DNA of 63,885 bases, filler included, from Asterionella formosa (Eukaryota), in NCBI GenBank assembly GCA_002256025.1. It is 8 parts of 8 records of this genome, joined end to end, with 100 filler letters (N's around TTAATTAATTAA, not from the genome) between each part and the next. Parts side by side here need not be neighbours in the genome. Positions count along the whole stretch, not along the records: positions 28,536 to 55,193 come from NKIB01001652.1; positions 55,294 to 56,932 come from NKIB01001654.1; 6 more parts are not named here. The stretch is one strand, 5' to 3'. The notes under the pieces were generated by a model that saw only the letters and a list, made by a program, of their open reading frames with translations, did not search any database and was not told the DNA's origin. Positions 44,941-57,032 of this stretch are shown here, piece by piece (positions within the stretch are counted from its first letter, which is position 1; the number at the start of each line of letters is the position of its first letter). The translations under genes were made by a program, and so were the position numbers.

Positions 44941-46368
44941 CCTGGACTCCAGGCATTGCTGATTTCAATCTGAAAGTTATGTTTCCCCAAAAATTCTCAT
45001 GTTTGTGAGCCATGTGTCTGTGAAAAGTAAGGTATCATGGCCACCTTTTGATTCTTCTATTTAAAATTGGCAACTAAATATCTAAAAGACATTTTTGGGC
45101 TTTTTCGATTTTCACTTTTATGGCTGGTGCCTATCTAGAGCAAAATGCAGATGCATGAGGACCCACTTTTTTCTTCAAACCAAGTGCAAAGTAAGATATA
45201 AGAGTAGAACTATGTATAGATGACATACCAGCAGGGTAAAATTTCCATCTGTCAGGAGGACTGCTTGACGTGTTTTTATATTCAAAATAATTCTGGCTAA
45301 AAATAATGCTGTGTGATGGGGTGTCATGGGCGGACGATGTGACCAACAAGAGGAAACTGACAATCTGTTCGACTCGTGCGACCGTTTCTCCTATCATTCT
45401 CTTGCAAGCAAACACATGCACATGTAGTAAGTACCAGGTATGCCTACTACGCACTGTATCATAAAATCCAATGTTTACTAAAATGCGGCACAAAGAAAAT
45501 GTATATATATAAATTATTCTACAGTGTATGCGTTGTGCAAATATTCGAGAATAGCCAGTACAAGAAATGGAGTGAAATGTTATTTATCTATATATGAATA
45601 TATCAATGTAAATACAGCAAGATTGGAAGGCGTTCAAACTTCCGTTACATTTTTAGGATACTCTCCAGATAGATCATGTGCTACATAAAAATAAAATTAT
45701 TATGCTGATGTCATGGCTAGAAATCTCCATATATTGGTTTTATTAGAATGTGATAGATACCCTGGTGTATGGAAGTCTACTACCGGGTACGGTACTCATG
45801 GCTAACATTGATTGTAAAGCATTTGGAGAACCGGTACAGCTATACATTTTTGAGAACATTTTAACAATTAATTCTATACATTTATGAAGATGTATATACA
45901 TGGACTGGGCAGGGTATGTATATTATTAGCTGATTTTATATACAAAGGATGGGTCCCGCAAAAGAAAAGCAGAGATCCCAGTTATCTTTTTGTGATTTTC
46001 GCCACACAAGACACCAAGGAAGAATTGTTCATACTATTTAAACTACATATATATTCATTATAGTCTAACTGCTACTACGTATACAGTATTTACAATATCA
46101 TTTCTTTATTCTTTGTCACGTCGCCGTACGGGTATACCTGGCCGTCGCTGTACAAAACTCCGTCATTGTTCGTCATTCCTCGCCCTTGCTTGTTGGCTGT
46201 ATGATTTAAGCAGCAGCAGAGAGAGAGAGAGTCTATCTCAGTTGGATTGGTTGTACATGTAACAAAGCAACAGTACAAGTCCATAGAACCACGGCCTACC
46301 GTCATTGCCAGCACAGCACAACACAACACACCCAACTCCTAGTACTACCTTCCGGTACTACTAGCAAC

Positions 46369-47837
46369 ATGAACAAGCCAGCAGCGGCAGCAGCAGCAGC
46401 AGCAGCAGACAAGGAACAGCATCATGACGCTGTTGTAACGCCCGAATTGCTAGTGGATGCTCTGTCAGGACATGAAGATGGACTATTGGCCATTGCAGAA
46501 AAGCTGATGGAATCCTATGATGCTGGATACGATGTCATGGGGGAATGCATCATTGATGCCTTTGCTGATGTACAGAAACTGTTTCAACATGTGGTGGAAG
46601 CTGCGCATATGGAAGGAGCCGCGTTTGAAGCATCTCGTAGAGAAGCGGAAATGGCAAATGCGCAGCGGTCGGGAGACAATACTCACAACAACGCAGCGAT
46701 CATGACATCTGGTAGTGCTGCGGATCCACAACAACAGACATCGGCTGGACCCTCCAGACACGATGAATTCATTGATCAAGATGTCAAGGATGTATTGACA
46801 GAAGCCATTCGGACTGGAACCTCACTGCGGGAACTGCACAAGCATCTAGAGTGCTATCACTTGTATGAGCATGCATGTCAGAATGCATCCTCGCTACTGC
46901 CAGTGGATTCGGACCATCGAGGAAGACTTCAACTTAGCATTGCCAGGGCCGAAAGTATGTCTCCTGATAGAGCATGTGCTATCCTCAGGTATGCCATGGA
47001 TGATGTACTGAGATCGGGATTGAGATCCGGCAAGGGGGCGGCACTGCCCGACACCTCCAAACGCGGAGACTGTGTCTTGTCCAAACCAAAGGACTACCCC
47101 TCGCTCAATGGGTCTGCAAGAGTTGGTGTCGTGCAGTCCAGTGAAGAAGCGTTGGCCAGTCTGGTGGAGGAAATGAAGGAAGTTTTGGCGGCACCCATTT
47201 ACGATAACACGCCATTGCAGTCGGTGGCAGAGCGATTTTGGTTGGCTCTTGGTGAAGCACAGCGACACCAACTCAAAAATGAGGAACGGTTGGAGCAGAG
47301 TTTGGGAAAACTAAAGGGAGATTTTTTGTTGGCGAGAGCTGTAAGTGGAGAAGAGAATAATGTCACTACAACTCATTTGCCTTTATGCATCACTAATTTG
47401 AATTTACCTTAAAATCAATATACATACAGGAATGGGAAGAAAAATTAACTTCATCCCAAGAACAAGCGGACTTTTGGAAGAAAAAGTACAACACTATCAA
47501 GGACGCCAACAAGGGTGAATCGTACATGGAACAAGCACGTTTGAATGCCTCCAAACTGCACGAAACAAGAGATGCATCTGACGGGGTCGACTTGATGTTT
47601 GATTCCATGCCAGCCAAGAAGAACTCGTCAGGTTCGGTTGCATCACTCTCCACTGGCCTAGCACAACATGCTAGATCGATTGTTGGTTCCTTCAATTGTG
47701 CTGGAACTTCGGACCCGGAACAGATTGAGTCACTCAACAGGAGAGCTCCAGTCTCGTTTTCCAAGTCATTTTCTAGTCAAGCGTCCTCTCGACGAGGACG
47801 ATCACGAACGCAACGCAATTCACTGGAGGATGACTAA
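46369..47837 (+). CDS. Hypothetical protein, two exons (46369-47340, 47430-47837), ~459 aa, C-terminal coiled coil
   Basis: 89-bp intron GTAAGT...CTAAT...ATACAG joins LARA|EWEEKL in frame with the 47526 ORF. Confidence 0.85.
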
Positions 47838-48190
47838 TTGTCGATATAGTGCTTTCTCATATATCTACTGATGAAGAGATTTTGGGGAGGTTTGTTGTGT
47901 TTGGTATTAAAGGTTAAACACTTTTATTTTGGTTATTCTGGTTTTGAGCAATCATGATTTGAATAAATAGTTGCATTCTCACTTCTACACGCGCTCCTAC
48001 CATGTAATAGGTCTTGAGTTCAAAAAGATGGAAAGGGACACATTATGTTTACCATTCATACATAAAATGCTACTCTGATACGGCTTCCATTATTCTCAAT
48101 ACATTCGAATCCATGATTTACACAATTGGATAGCTATCCCTTGCTTCTATATTTGTTTTATATCGCTTTCCTACATTGTCATTATTACCT

Positions 48191-49459
48191 TTATTTGCAT
48201 ACTCCACTTTTACAAAGATGTTGTAATCCTTGAAAATTCATATTTTTTCGTTTTTTCTTCACCGTTATTAAGGAGCTATTATTCCCCTGTTGCTGGTTAC
48301 CACTACTCGCCGTCAACAACAACAATGATTGTGGAGCATCGTTGGTATTGCTGATATTCATTTTCTTCACATTTTTGTTGTTGTTGGATGGATGCAGCTC
48401 CCATACATCTTGTGTTAATGCATCGGCACATTCCTTCCATTCCTTGTCACCACATTGCTTCGGAAACAATTGCATCCCAAGGACAGTCTCCAAATCACTC
48501 CATTGTACTAAATAATCATGCAATTGTTTCTTTGGATCTGGTTCTTGATTTGGAATGACAAAGCACGCGAACTTACAAACAACACTATTATGATAAGGCA
48601 TGGTAGTGATGGTTTTTGTTGTAGTAGGAATTGTTGTTGTTGTTGTAGGGTGGTGGTGGTTGACAACAACAATAATAACTTTGAAAAAATGTGTTGGCAC
48701 TGAAATAATAGTTGGAGGTGTCCCAATCGCAGGATATTGATATTCTCCCCAATGAATTGTGGGCAACCATAGTGGACCAGTGACAACGTAAGTTTCCATC
48801 TTACTACTACTACTACTACTATTATTTGTAGTAGTAGTAGCAGTACTATTATTGTTATTATCATCATCATCATCATTAAACTCATGAGTGGATGTTGTTG
48901 CTGCGACACGACGGACCCATCCTTCCAAACTGGCCCAAAGTGTACGATTCAATGTAGATTGTTGTGGACAAATGTTGGTTAATACAAACGTATCTTTTTG
49001 TTGTTTTGTACCATCCATTGCATCAAAATCAGCAGCAGGTGCCATATGACCACGATCATATCCAGAAAATTTATAGTGTGAATTTCGTGAACGAAACATT
49101 TCTGGTAGCGAAAGCTCTTCATAAAAGTGTGGTCGACGACGGTGATTGGCAGACACATGTTGTTGTTGTTGTTGTTGTTGTTGTGAGGGTAGACGTACTA
49201 CTACTGGTACTACTATCCTCTCCAAGGCATACACTGGAGTACGTGTACGTGCATCGTAGGCTATTTGAAGATTTGGATTCGGTTGAAAAATCGTAATGGG
49301 AAGTGTTGGTGCCATGTCGGATAATAAGTGGCCATTTTGATTCATAGAAGGATGATGATGATGATCATCATCATCATCAATGCTATTGGATGCGATGGTT
49401 GGGAGTGAGAAAATCGAACCTACCCATCGATGAAAGAAATTGGTGATGCGAAGAGACAT
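48191..49459 (-). CDS. ENDOG: DNA/RNA non-specific endonuclease (endonuclease G family), 422 aa
   Basis: YDRGHMAPAAD (DRGH), TFVLTNICPQ, LNRTLWASLE, VVTGPLWLP, VPTHFFKV, FACFVIPN. Confidence 0.9.
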   Translation of the reverse strand: MSLRITNFFHRWVGSIFSLPTIASNSIDDDDDHHHHPSMNQNGHLLSDMAPTLPITIFQPNPNLQIAYDARTRTPVYALERIVVPVVVRLPSQQQQQQQQHVSANHRRRPHFYEELSLPEMFRSRNSHYKFSGYDRGHMAPAADFDAMDGTKQQKDTFVLTNICPQQSTLNRTLWASLEGWVRRVAATTSTHEFNDDDDDNNNNSTATTTTNNSSSSSSKMETYVVTGPLWLPTIHWGEYQYPAIGTPPTIISVPTHFFKVIIVVVNHHHPTTTTTIPTTTKTITTMPYHNSVVCKFACFVIPNQEPDPKKQLHDYLVQWSDLETVLGMQLFPKQCGDKEWKECADALTQDVWELHPSNNNKNVKKMNISNTNDAPQSLLLLTASSGNQQQGNNSSLITVKKKRKNMNFQGLQHLCKSGVCK

Positions 49460-49693
49460 TTAAATGAAAAAATGTAGTTTCGTTTTGGATCTTGACTACC
49501 GGTATATATACCGGTATATCTTTGAAGATACTGAAATATAATACCGGTAAATATATTTTGAACACGACGACTTCACGCAACAATAATTCGCCGAGTCCTC
49601 AACACCACTGCCTCCTTGCTTTGATTAAGTGAATGTGAATGCGAATGTGAATGCGAATGCGAGGGAGAATCAATAGAATCGAGTGATTGAGGT

Positions 49694-49787
49694 CTGCAAG
49701 TTGCGGTATTTTTGCGGAAACTAAATATTTAGCTTTTTAAATTCGAGATTAAAATGTTATTTTATGCAAAATGACCGCAACTTGCTG
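49694..49787. mobile_element. ~95-bp mini-MITE (family M)
   Basis: ctgcaagttgcggtatttttgc...gcaaaatgaccgcaacttgctg; reverse complement of 62421-62516; TIR fragments also at ~9172 and ~25545. Confidence 0.8.
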
Positions 49788-50345
49788 ATGTTGATCTGTT
49801 CGGTACATTTGACCTAAGATAGCATATCGTAGACATATACCGGTATTAAATGTCGTCGTATCATTTGGAGAAGCAAAATATTTAAAACTAGTAGGTATCT
49901 TGGTACATAAGATTTTGCCTGGTACCCCTGATACATGACAGTCAACTACCATACTACATAGAGACAACGAGTGGTGCAGTACACAAAAACTCCTTTAACA
50001 GTACCATTGGAAAACAACAAGTGCCAGTCCAAGACCATGAGTTGTGACAGAGTTGCTGGCTTCAGATTTTCAACCCTCCCTTCAAGTCTTCAAGATGACC
50101 TGTTTTATCTTTACTACAGCTATCTGCTTGTTACTTTCCAGAAAATATACTCAACGTCGCTAGAAGGTACTCTCACTCTATACTACCCAATATCTCATAT
50201 TGTAGCAGGACCGAACTTTAGAATGCTTTGTAATTTACCACATTGCTGGGATGGCGTGTTCAACCTCAAACTCCCTTTATCCAAACACAAGTCTGTTGTT
50301 CAACTAACTATTTATGCGGAGCACATGATAAACACTATTGATACC

Positions 50346-51773
50346 TCAAGTCCGTTGTTTCTTGTTATTGTCCCCATAGTCATCGTCACCATCTTTATAT
50401 GCATTCTCCAAAGTGGACACAACTTTTTTCATACCCTCCGATTCAAAGGTATTTGTATATGCCTTGATCTTTAGGATCCACTTGGATGCATATATTTTAC
50501 TTTTGAAATCTCCCAAACTCACCAAAGATCGAGCAACTCCAATCATACTGTACGATAACACATGTCCCATGTGCAGCTTCAAATCCAACGATTGTATAAA
50601 TCGCTCCAAACGTTCAATTGAATCAATAACCTGCGCCACATCTTCCATGGATGGTGGTTCGCTGGTCTGAATCATGGTGGTATGTTGTTCCTTGAGAATT
50701 GCATCCGTTCGCAACAAGGACAAGAGGTTTGTAGTCCAGTGTTTTGTCCCCAGTGTCATGGTGGCCAATTCTAATAATTGTTCTTGAAGGTCCAAGTCAT
50801 CATCCTCAACACTACGAGTATCTAGAAAGTGAATAACCTTGGCGGAAACGAGTGAGCTCACTTCTGATAGTGCTGGGGAATACCTTTGCTCCAGATTGCC
50901 ACATTTCTCGCAGTTGTACAAGCTACTATCTCCCAAGACAGACAATGGCAGACAATAATGGACCATCAAATCATCGTCATAAGCCACATCATCTTCCAAA
51001 TATCGTCCTTGTCGCTCGTGACATTTTGGACATGGAACTGCAGCAGCAGTGTTAGGGTAAGTGGTGCATCGTGTACATTGACATACAAAATGCTTGTCGA
51101 CCTGCAATTTTGATTGTCGTGTGGCAGTATCGGCATACAACCAAGTTCCAAGATAGGAAATCGTCAATTCTTCACCATCTGTAATATCACATGCTGCCAC
51201 AATGGATTGCGCATCTCCCTGCGGGACAACGACACAATTTGGATTGCAAGAGTGATTCAATCGAGAGGATCGGTCGTAGATCCGACCGCCTGCAAAACTA
51301 TTGCTAGTGTATACTAACATGACTCCGAGCAGAAACTCTGGATCCATGGTCCGTAAGGAAGACTCTCCTTTGCTATGATGCTGAATGTACTTGATCCCTT
51401 CCTTGGCCACGGATACAATCACATCGTTGTCGTCTGGACGGCACAAGGCACTCAAGTCAGACTGACACGAAGGATCCGCAAATTCCGCAAAGCAAGCGGC
51501 GGCTTGAAGCATGCACTTGTATTTGTTCGCATACTCGGGCGGCACGGAATTCGGAACTTGAATGGTATCGAGGAAGAGAGCATCCTTGTTCTTTTTCTTG
51601 CTAGGAGGAGGCAGAACTTGCAGGAGTCTCGCTTCTTGTTCGTCGTCGACAGGAGCCAATCGAGCAATGCTCGACGATTCAGCGAAGATCGTGGTTCCTT
51701 CCTTGATCTCCTGAGTGGCAAAGAGACCTAGTCCACCGGCATAGACAGTGGCCTTCACTTCTGGTGCTGTCAT
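50346..51773 (-). CDS. SET-domain lysine methyltransferase (SMYD-like), 475 aa
   Basis: GLGLFATQEI, SRLNHSCNPNC, GEELTISYL, post-SET FVCQCTRC, further CxxC pairs. Confidence 0.9.
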   Translation of the reverse strand: MTAPEVKATVYAGGLGLFATQEIKEGTTIFAESSSIARLAPVDDEQEARLLQVLPPPSKKKNKDALFLDTIQVPNSVPPEYANKYKCMLQAAACFAEFADPSCQSDLSALCRPDDNDVIVSVAKEGIKYIQHHSKGESSLRTMDPEFLLGVMLVYTSNSFAGGRIYDRSSRLNHSCNPNCVVVPQGDAQSIVAACDITDGEELTISYLGTWLYADTATRQSKLQVDKHFVCQCTRCTTYPNTAAAVPCPKCHERQGRYLEDDVAYDDDLMVHYCLPLSVLGDSSLYNCEKCGNLEQRYSPALSEVSSLVSAKVIHFLDTRSVEDDDLDLQEQLLELATMTLGTKHWTTNLLSLLRTDAILKEQHTTMIQTSEPPSMEDVAQVIDSIERLERFIQSLDLKLHMGHVLSYSMIGVARSLVSLGDFKSKIYASKWILKIKAYTNTFESEGMKKVVSTLENAYKDGDDDYGDNNKKQRT

Positions 51774-52433
51774 GGTGGTCGTAGTGGCTAAATGCTTCGG
51801 CTATCGAGTGACAGATGAAGCATAACCTAATGTAGTTCGATGATAAATTTTGTTTTTAACATTATTAATTAATGAATAATACATACACTTATTTTGTGAG
51901 CTGAATACACATTATAGTAAGTACACCGTATCACTACAATCAATGATCATTTAAAAATACCCGTATATATTATTATGCACCGGTACCTGGTACCAGGTAT
52001 TATCAACTGGAGAACACATACCCGTAGAAAGCGAATGGTGAAGCATCCACATACAAATACCGGTATGGTGAACTGACCAAAATGGAGCGAATGGGACAAA
52101 TCGTGGTCCTACGTCGCCTGGTCTGTGCAGCGTACGCAAAACAGAACTTTTATGGATGAAATTGCAAATGATAGATTTGTCTCCTTCATTTACGGTAACC
52201 TTGCAAGCAATCTGTTCCAATATTCCCAGACTTGGTCCAAAGCAAGTCAGAAAGAGAAAATGGATCATTGGAATTTATTATAACTATCTACCGGTATTCA
52301 AAGGAATGGCTTAGTGGTTTAGCTACCTAAAAGAGTGCAAATGAGATATTACCGGTATTTCCATGAAATCACAACGATCACGCGTGAAATGCATGACGAG
52401 TTGAAACAAGGAGGACTACCGGTAAGCAATAAC

Positions 52434-52864
52434 AAATGATTTAGCGAGTTGAGTACCCTTTTCATGTATATATATATATATATATAAATCAGAACGAAAT
52501 ACCACTGAATACGGTTACCGGTAAATTGCTCCATCAAAGAAATATTAAGTAAAATTTTAAAATGTGATTCACGCTTACCTAGCTAATCGCAAAAACTCAA
52601 ATCAGATATTGAATATACCCCGGTGTAAATATTTGTACTGCTGAAATATATTAATACAACATGCTAACAAGTACCACCAGGTACCAAATGATTTAGCGAG
52701 TTGAGTATCCTTTGTTTGTATCTATGTATGTATATATTTATCGAAATCAGAACGAAATACAGTTGAATACTGTTAAATTGCTTTATCAAAGGTATAATAA
52801 GTAAATTTTGAAATGTGATTCTCGCTTATCCATAGTTAATCGCAAAAACTCAAATCAGATATTA
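52434..52864. repeat. Tandem duplication (~180-bp units, 52434-52610 and 52687-52864)
   Basis: aaatgatttagcgagttgagta...aaatcagaacgaaatac...aatcgcaaaaactcaaatcagatatt twice. Confidence 0.85.
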
Positions 52865-53206
52865 TGTGAAATAGTTGTTTTGTATTTTGGTGGGCGCATC
52901 CTGTGGGCGGTTGGCGAGATTCAAATTACTGACAGTTTCATATCAGCGATGTGTAATAACGCATATGTCTTTTACTATTACTTAATATGTCGATGCAACT
53001 ATCAGTACTCACACAAAAAGGTATATCCTAATAGTATATACGTGTACAAGCGGTAGTTCATTAGCTATCATACTAGATACCGTCGCGCCTGTGAAGAGTT
53101 AATGAATTACGGAGTACAAAGTATACGCCGTATATCTACTTAATAATGATGAGTGAATGGGTAGTGGTGTCATCTCTCCATTTGCTTTTTATACCTTCAA
53201 TTTTCT

Positions 53207-54301
53207 TTGTTTTCCCTCCATCATTCATTGAAACAGCAATCGTTGTTTCTTTTCACGCAGCAAGAACTTTGTCTTCGGAAGACCATTTCTTTTGTCGCAA
53301 GTCGAATTACTTGTAGATTTCCAATGAAGACTATTCGAGCGATTATTCCCATTTGTGCAATCATGATGATCCTTGGTATGGTTTTCACGACAAACCTGGA
53401 CAGCTACTCAACAAACAGCCTTTATCTGTTAGATACCCTCTCTCAGGCTCCTCAGCAACTGGTCAGAAATCTCACAGAGGAGGAGAAGAGTATATCTCCT
53501 CCACTTTTCCAGTCCCTCACCAATGGCTGGACAGAGGTGGAGTACGGTTCAATGATTCCATCTATGCAGTTCCCTTGCAAATCAAACATCTCCGATCACT
53601 ATACCATTGTTAATGGGGTGAGTACGTTTACCGTGAAGAGCTCGGACCGGCCCTTTGACTGCTCCAATCCGCCCAAGACTCGCCCCCGCTGTGAGGCGAC
53701 TTTCCGTAAAGTCAGATATAGCACAGGCCAACATCAGTTCCAAGCCTTTTTCAAAGTCCCTTCAAACACTTCAAACGCGAGCCTCATGCAGATACTAGGA
53801 GGTACCGTGAATGCCACCTCATTCATGTTAGGGATCATCGATAGGAATGGAGGCACGATCGCCAGATACCTTCAAGATTTCATTCAAGAAAACTTATATG
53901 AACGCTGGTTCCAGCTCAACGTGATCCACAATACCACCAACCACCAAATAGATGTATACATCAATGGTCAACACAGGTTGACATCACAAGATCACGGTTT
54001 ATCCCCAAAAGGTTTCTGGTATTTCAAGGTTGGTGTATATATGCAAATCCATGGCAGCCCTACAATGCAGGTGCAGGTCAAGAACATCACTCTTTGGAAA
54101 TTTGAAAACGAACGTCAGACCCTCTTAGATGAGAAAGTACATCTGGAAAAAGAAACTGTTCTTGTTGCCTCCCAGGACGAGGGCAGGAAAGTCTCAGGGA
54201 AACACCATCAGCTGGGACAAAACATGAGTACCAGCTTATCGGCCTTGACAGCTTCCCAAAATTTGCGCCAGTTATCACTTCCAAATCGAACTTCTGCATG
54301 A
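53207..54301 (+). CDS. PL7 alginate-lyase-like / plant citrate-binding-protein-like protein with N-terminal membrane anchor (ATG start probably 53323)
   Basis: TRPRCE, SLMQILGG, WFQLNVIH, WYFKVGVYMQ; hydrophobic IIPICAIMMILGMVF. Confidence 0.82.
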   Translation: MFSLHHSLKQQSLFLFTQQELCLRKTISFVASRITCRFPMKTIRAIIPICAIMMILGMVFTTNLDSYSTNSLYLLDTLSQAPQQLVRNLTEEEKSISPPLFQSLTNGWTEVEYGSMIPSMQFPCKSNISDHYTIVNGVSTFTVKSSDRPFDCSNPPKTRPRCEATFRKVRYSTGQHQFQAFFKVPSNTSNASLMQILGGTVNATSFMLGIIDRNGGTIARYLQDFIQENLYERWFQLNVIHNTTNHQIDVYINGQHRLTSQDHGLSPKGFWYFKVGVYMQIHGSPTMQVQVKNITLWKFENERQTLLDEKVHLEKETVLVASQDEGRKVSGKHHQLGQNMSTSLSALTASQNLRQLSLPNRTSA

Positions 54302-55448
54302 CCATAGCTATCATCATCCTGCTAGACTACCATTTAGTCTTGCATTTGTTTAAAATAAATGTTCACTTCCTTCAAAACACATGTACAATAATGAACCAAC
54401 GTCACAGCATTTTTGACGTAACTCATACTTTTTATGTACTATTCATGTATACCGGTATGTTGATTCTTTGTGTCCACGATTGCTTCCAAGAATATATACC
54501 GGCAGTATATAGGAATGTAGGTATAATGCAGTACCGGTATATGATATGAGCAACCTATATACGGTATTTAGTTGACATTGTAGCATGTACTACATGAATG
54601 CAGACAGAACAGGGTGGTTTGGTTGTGCACTAGATAACTAGTTTGCTTAGTATGCTATATACCAGGTACCGTCAACACTAATACTCTGGATACGTTTTAG
54701 ATGTGCGCCGTTGTATCCTAAACAGTATACCACAGTTAATTGTTATGCATATCACTTTTGCCCTTTTTGAATTCTCCAATAATAGTGGTTTATTTTAATG
54801 ACGACAGTTTTCTTAAATTGTGAGAGATCTTTTTCACAACATGCAGCATATATTCCTGTAGATATATCAATCAATAAATGAGACGAACAAGATCGCTCAC
54901 CAGCATCAAAAATGAAAAATGTAACTCCGCCGAGTGTATGTACAATGGCAGCCCGACAAAATTGGGACGATCATCATTCTTAAATATTGGTACCCGGTAT
55001 GAGAATAAAGAATCAGGTGATCGGGCATACATAACGGTAATTCTCGGAGTACTTTTTTACACACTTAGGGTCGTTCTTATCATTTTCGATTTGGTATCAT
55101 TTTTTTTGAAAAAGTATCATGTAACGGCTACTCGATTTAAACCGAAAAAATCCATTCTCCACAAAAATAAAAATGAAATTGTATCACCCAAAANNNNNNN
55201 NNNNNNNNNNNNNNNNNNNNNNNNNNNNNNNNNNNNNTTAATTAATTAANNNNNNNNNNNNNNNNNNNNNNNNNNNNNNNNNNNNNNNNNNNNTCTTCAC
55301 AAAGATACATAACTTTCAGGGTACTGCTTAATATAAATTTTCCACGGATACTCAGGAAAATGTAGGCCTCTGTGCTGCCATGTATGCCATGTAGAAGACA
55401 CTTTCTTTGCTTACTTAAATGGTGCTTGTACGATCTAACTGGACCCAG

Positions 55449-56932
55449 TTAATATTGATCATGAGTCTTGATTCCTGTTCGGAAAAGGAGAAAAGCCCAG
55501 TAGTGTTCGGATGAACGATCACAGGTTGGTGTCCAGATGGGTAAACTGTTACAGAGAAGTAGCCCAAACAGTAAAATCGGATTTACTGTATTCCCTCTGT
55601 GACTTCCAATGCTTCGAAATTGTTGACTCGGCATTTTTGCAAGCCGATTAATGCTTCTCTCCATTTGTCCCATACCCTTGCTAACAGTGCTGGTTAGTAC
55701 TGCTATTTGAGTTTTCATTTCCACAACATCGCGTTGTGTCTCTTTTTGCTGTGAGTCAAGTCCAATTATTTCGTTGCTTGACTGTTGCAGACGATCTTGG
55801 TGTTCCCCTCTTTGTCCTCCTGCCAGAACTCCACCACTTTGTACTGCACCATCTTGACCACCAAGGACATTGACTATGTTGCCTTCAATTGCAGCTGACC
55901 CCCAAACCTCGTCAATGTACACCTCTGCTTCATGCCCGGTTACAACAACCAACCGCTTCTCAACTGGATTTACATCTGGTTCCAGATGCCGAACAAATGC
56001 ATACGCATTTTTAACGCTAGTCGTCATAGCAACTGGCAAGTAACCCTGAAGACTGGGCTCAAAAGCCGCCCAAAGAAGTGGCCTTGCCAGCGTCAATGCT
56101 ACACCACGTTGGTACTAAGAAAGAATGTTTGGCACAACATGCTCAAGAAGCCAATCATCTGCAATTCCACAATTCTCTTTCATGACATACTTACATGCTC
56201 CACCGATGCACAATGCTGCTGCCACCTTGGCATCAGGGTAGGGTAGATCTACATCAATGTAAGTGTCCACTTGCTCTTTTGATCGTTTCCAGCGACCTCG
56301 AGAGCTGATGTCATCCCGTGAGCACCCATTTCGTCGTGCATGTGTTGATGGGAATTTTCGTAGGCTGTGCGTGCCAATTGGCCCATTGTTCAATCTGACA
56401 AACTCATCTTTTTCCCACACATGGTCCTGCAGAATTCTATAGGCTTTGTTCTTCGCGTTGTCTGGTGTATTGGTGCCTAGAGAAAACACATAAGGATTTT
56501 GCGGTGCTGCACCGGATTTCATGCCTTTTGTTTCAAGGTGGATGGCAAGGGCAAGTAAAACACAGTAGGTTGTTGACATGCATCCAATGAGGAATTGATC
56601 AGGAGCTTCTCTCTCATCATCTACATTCTTTGACCAACAGAGCTGTGCAATCAGGGTAAAGGGAAACCGGTCATTGGGTTTTAGATTTTTCTTCTTTAGT
56701 TGGACACAGTCGGGCCAACCATATGGAATTGGAATGCACAAAGGGCGGACATTTCATAACGATGAATACTGTCAGGATAGGTGTGTAGTATTGCAATTGT
56801 ATTGCTGAATTCTTCGAATTGCAGAGGACGGCGTGCTGCTGAAGGTTTCCCAAGTTTGCGAACTTCCTTTTTTCTTACTGCTTTAATGAGGTCAATGATG
56901 ATTTGGGATCTGGTTGGGTTGCCTGCTTTGTT
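55449..56932 (-). mobile_element. Degenerate tyrosine-recombinase transposon (CryptonS-like)
   Basis: GNPTRS..IIDLIKAVRKKEVRKLGKPSAARRPL, WSKNVDDEREAPDQ, GTHSLRKFPSTHARRNG, RGRWK..VDTYIDVDLPYPDAKVAAALCIGG, LARPLLWAAF; in-frame stop at 56115 and a frameshift near 56740. Confidence 0.8.
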
Positions 56933-57032
56933 NNNNNNNNNNNNNNNNNNNNNNNNNNNNNNNNNNNNNNNNNNNNTTAATTAATTAANNNNNNNNNNNN
57001 NNNNNNNNNNNNNNNNNNNNNNNNNNNNNNNN

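Noticed and set aside
39571..54301. Bacterial contamination or an HGT island (haloperoxidase, PL7-like)
   Set aside because: Spliceosomal introns, host MITEs and typical eukaryotic genes are interleaved; no operon structure
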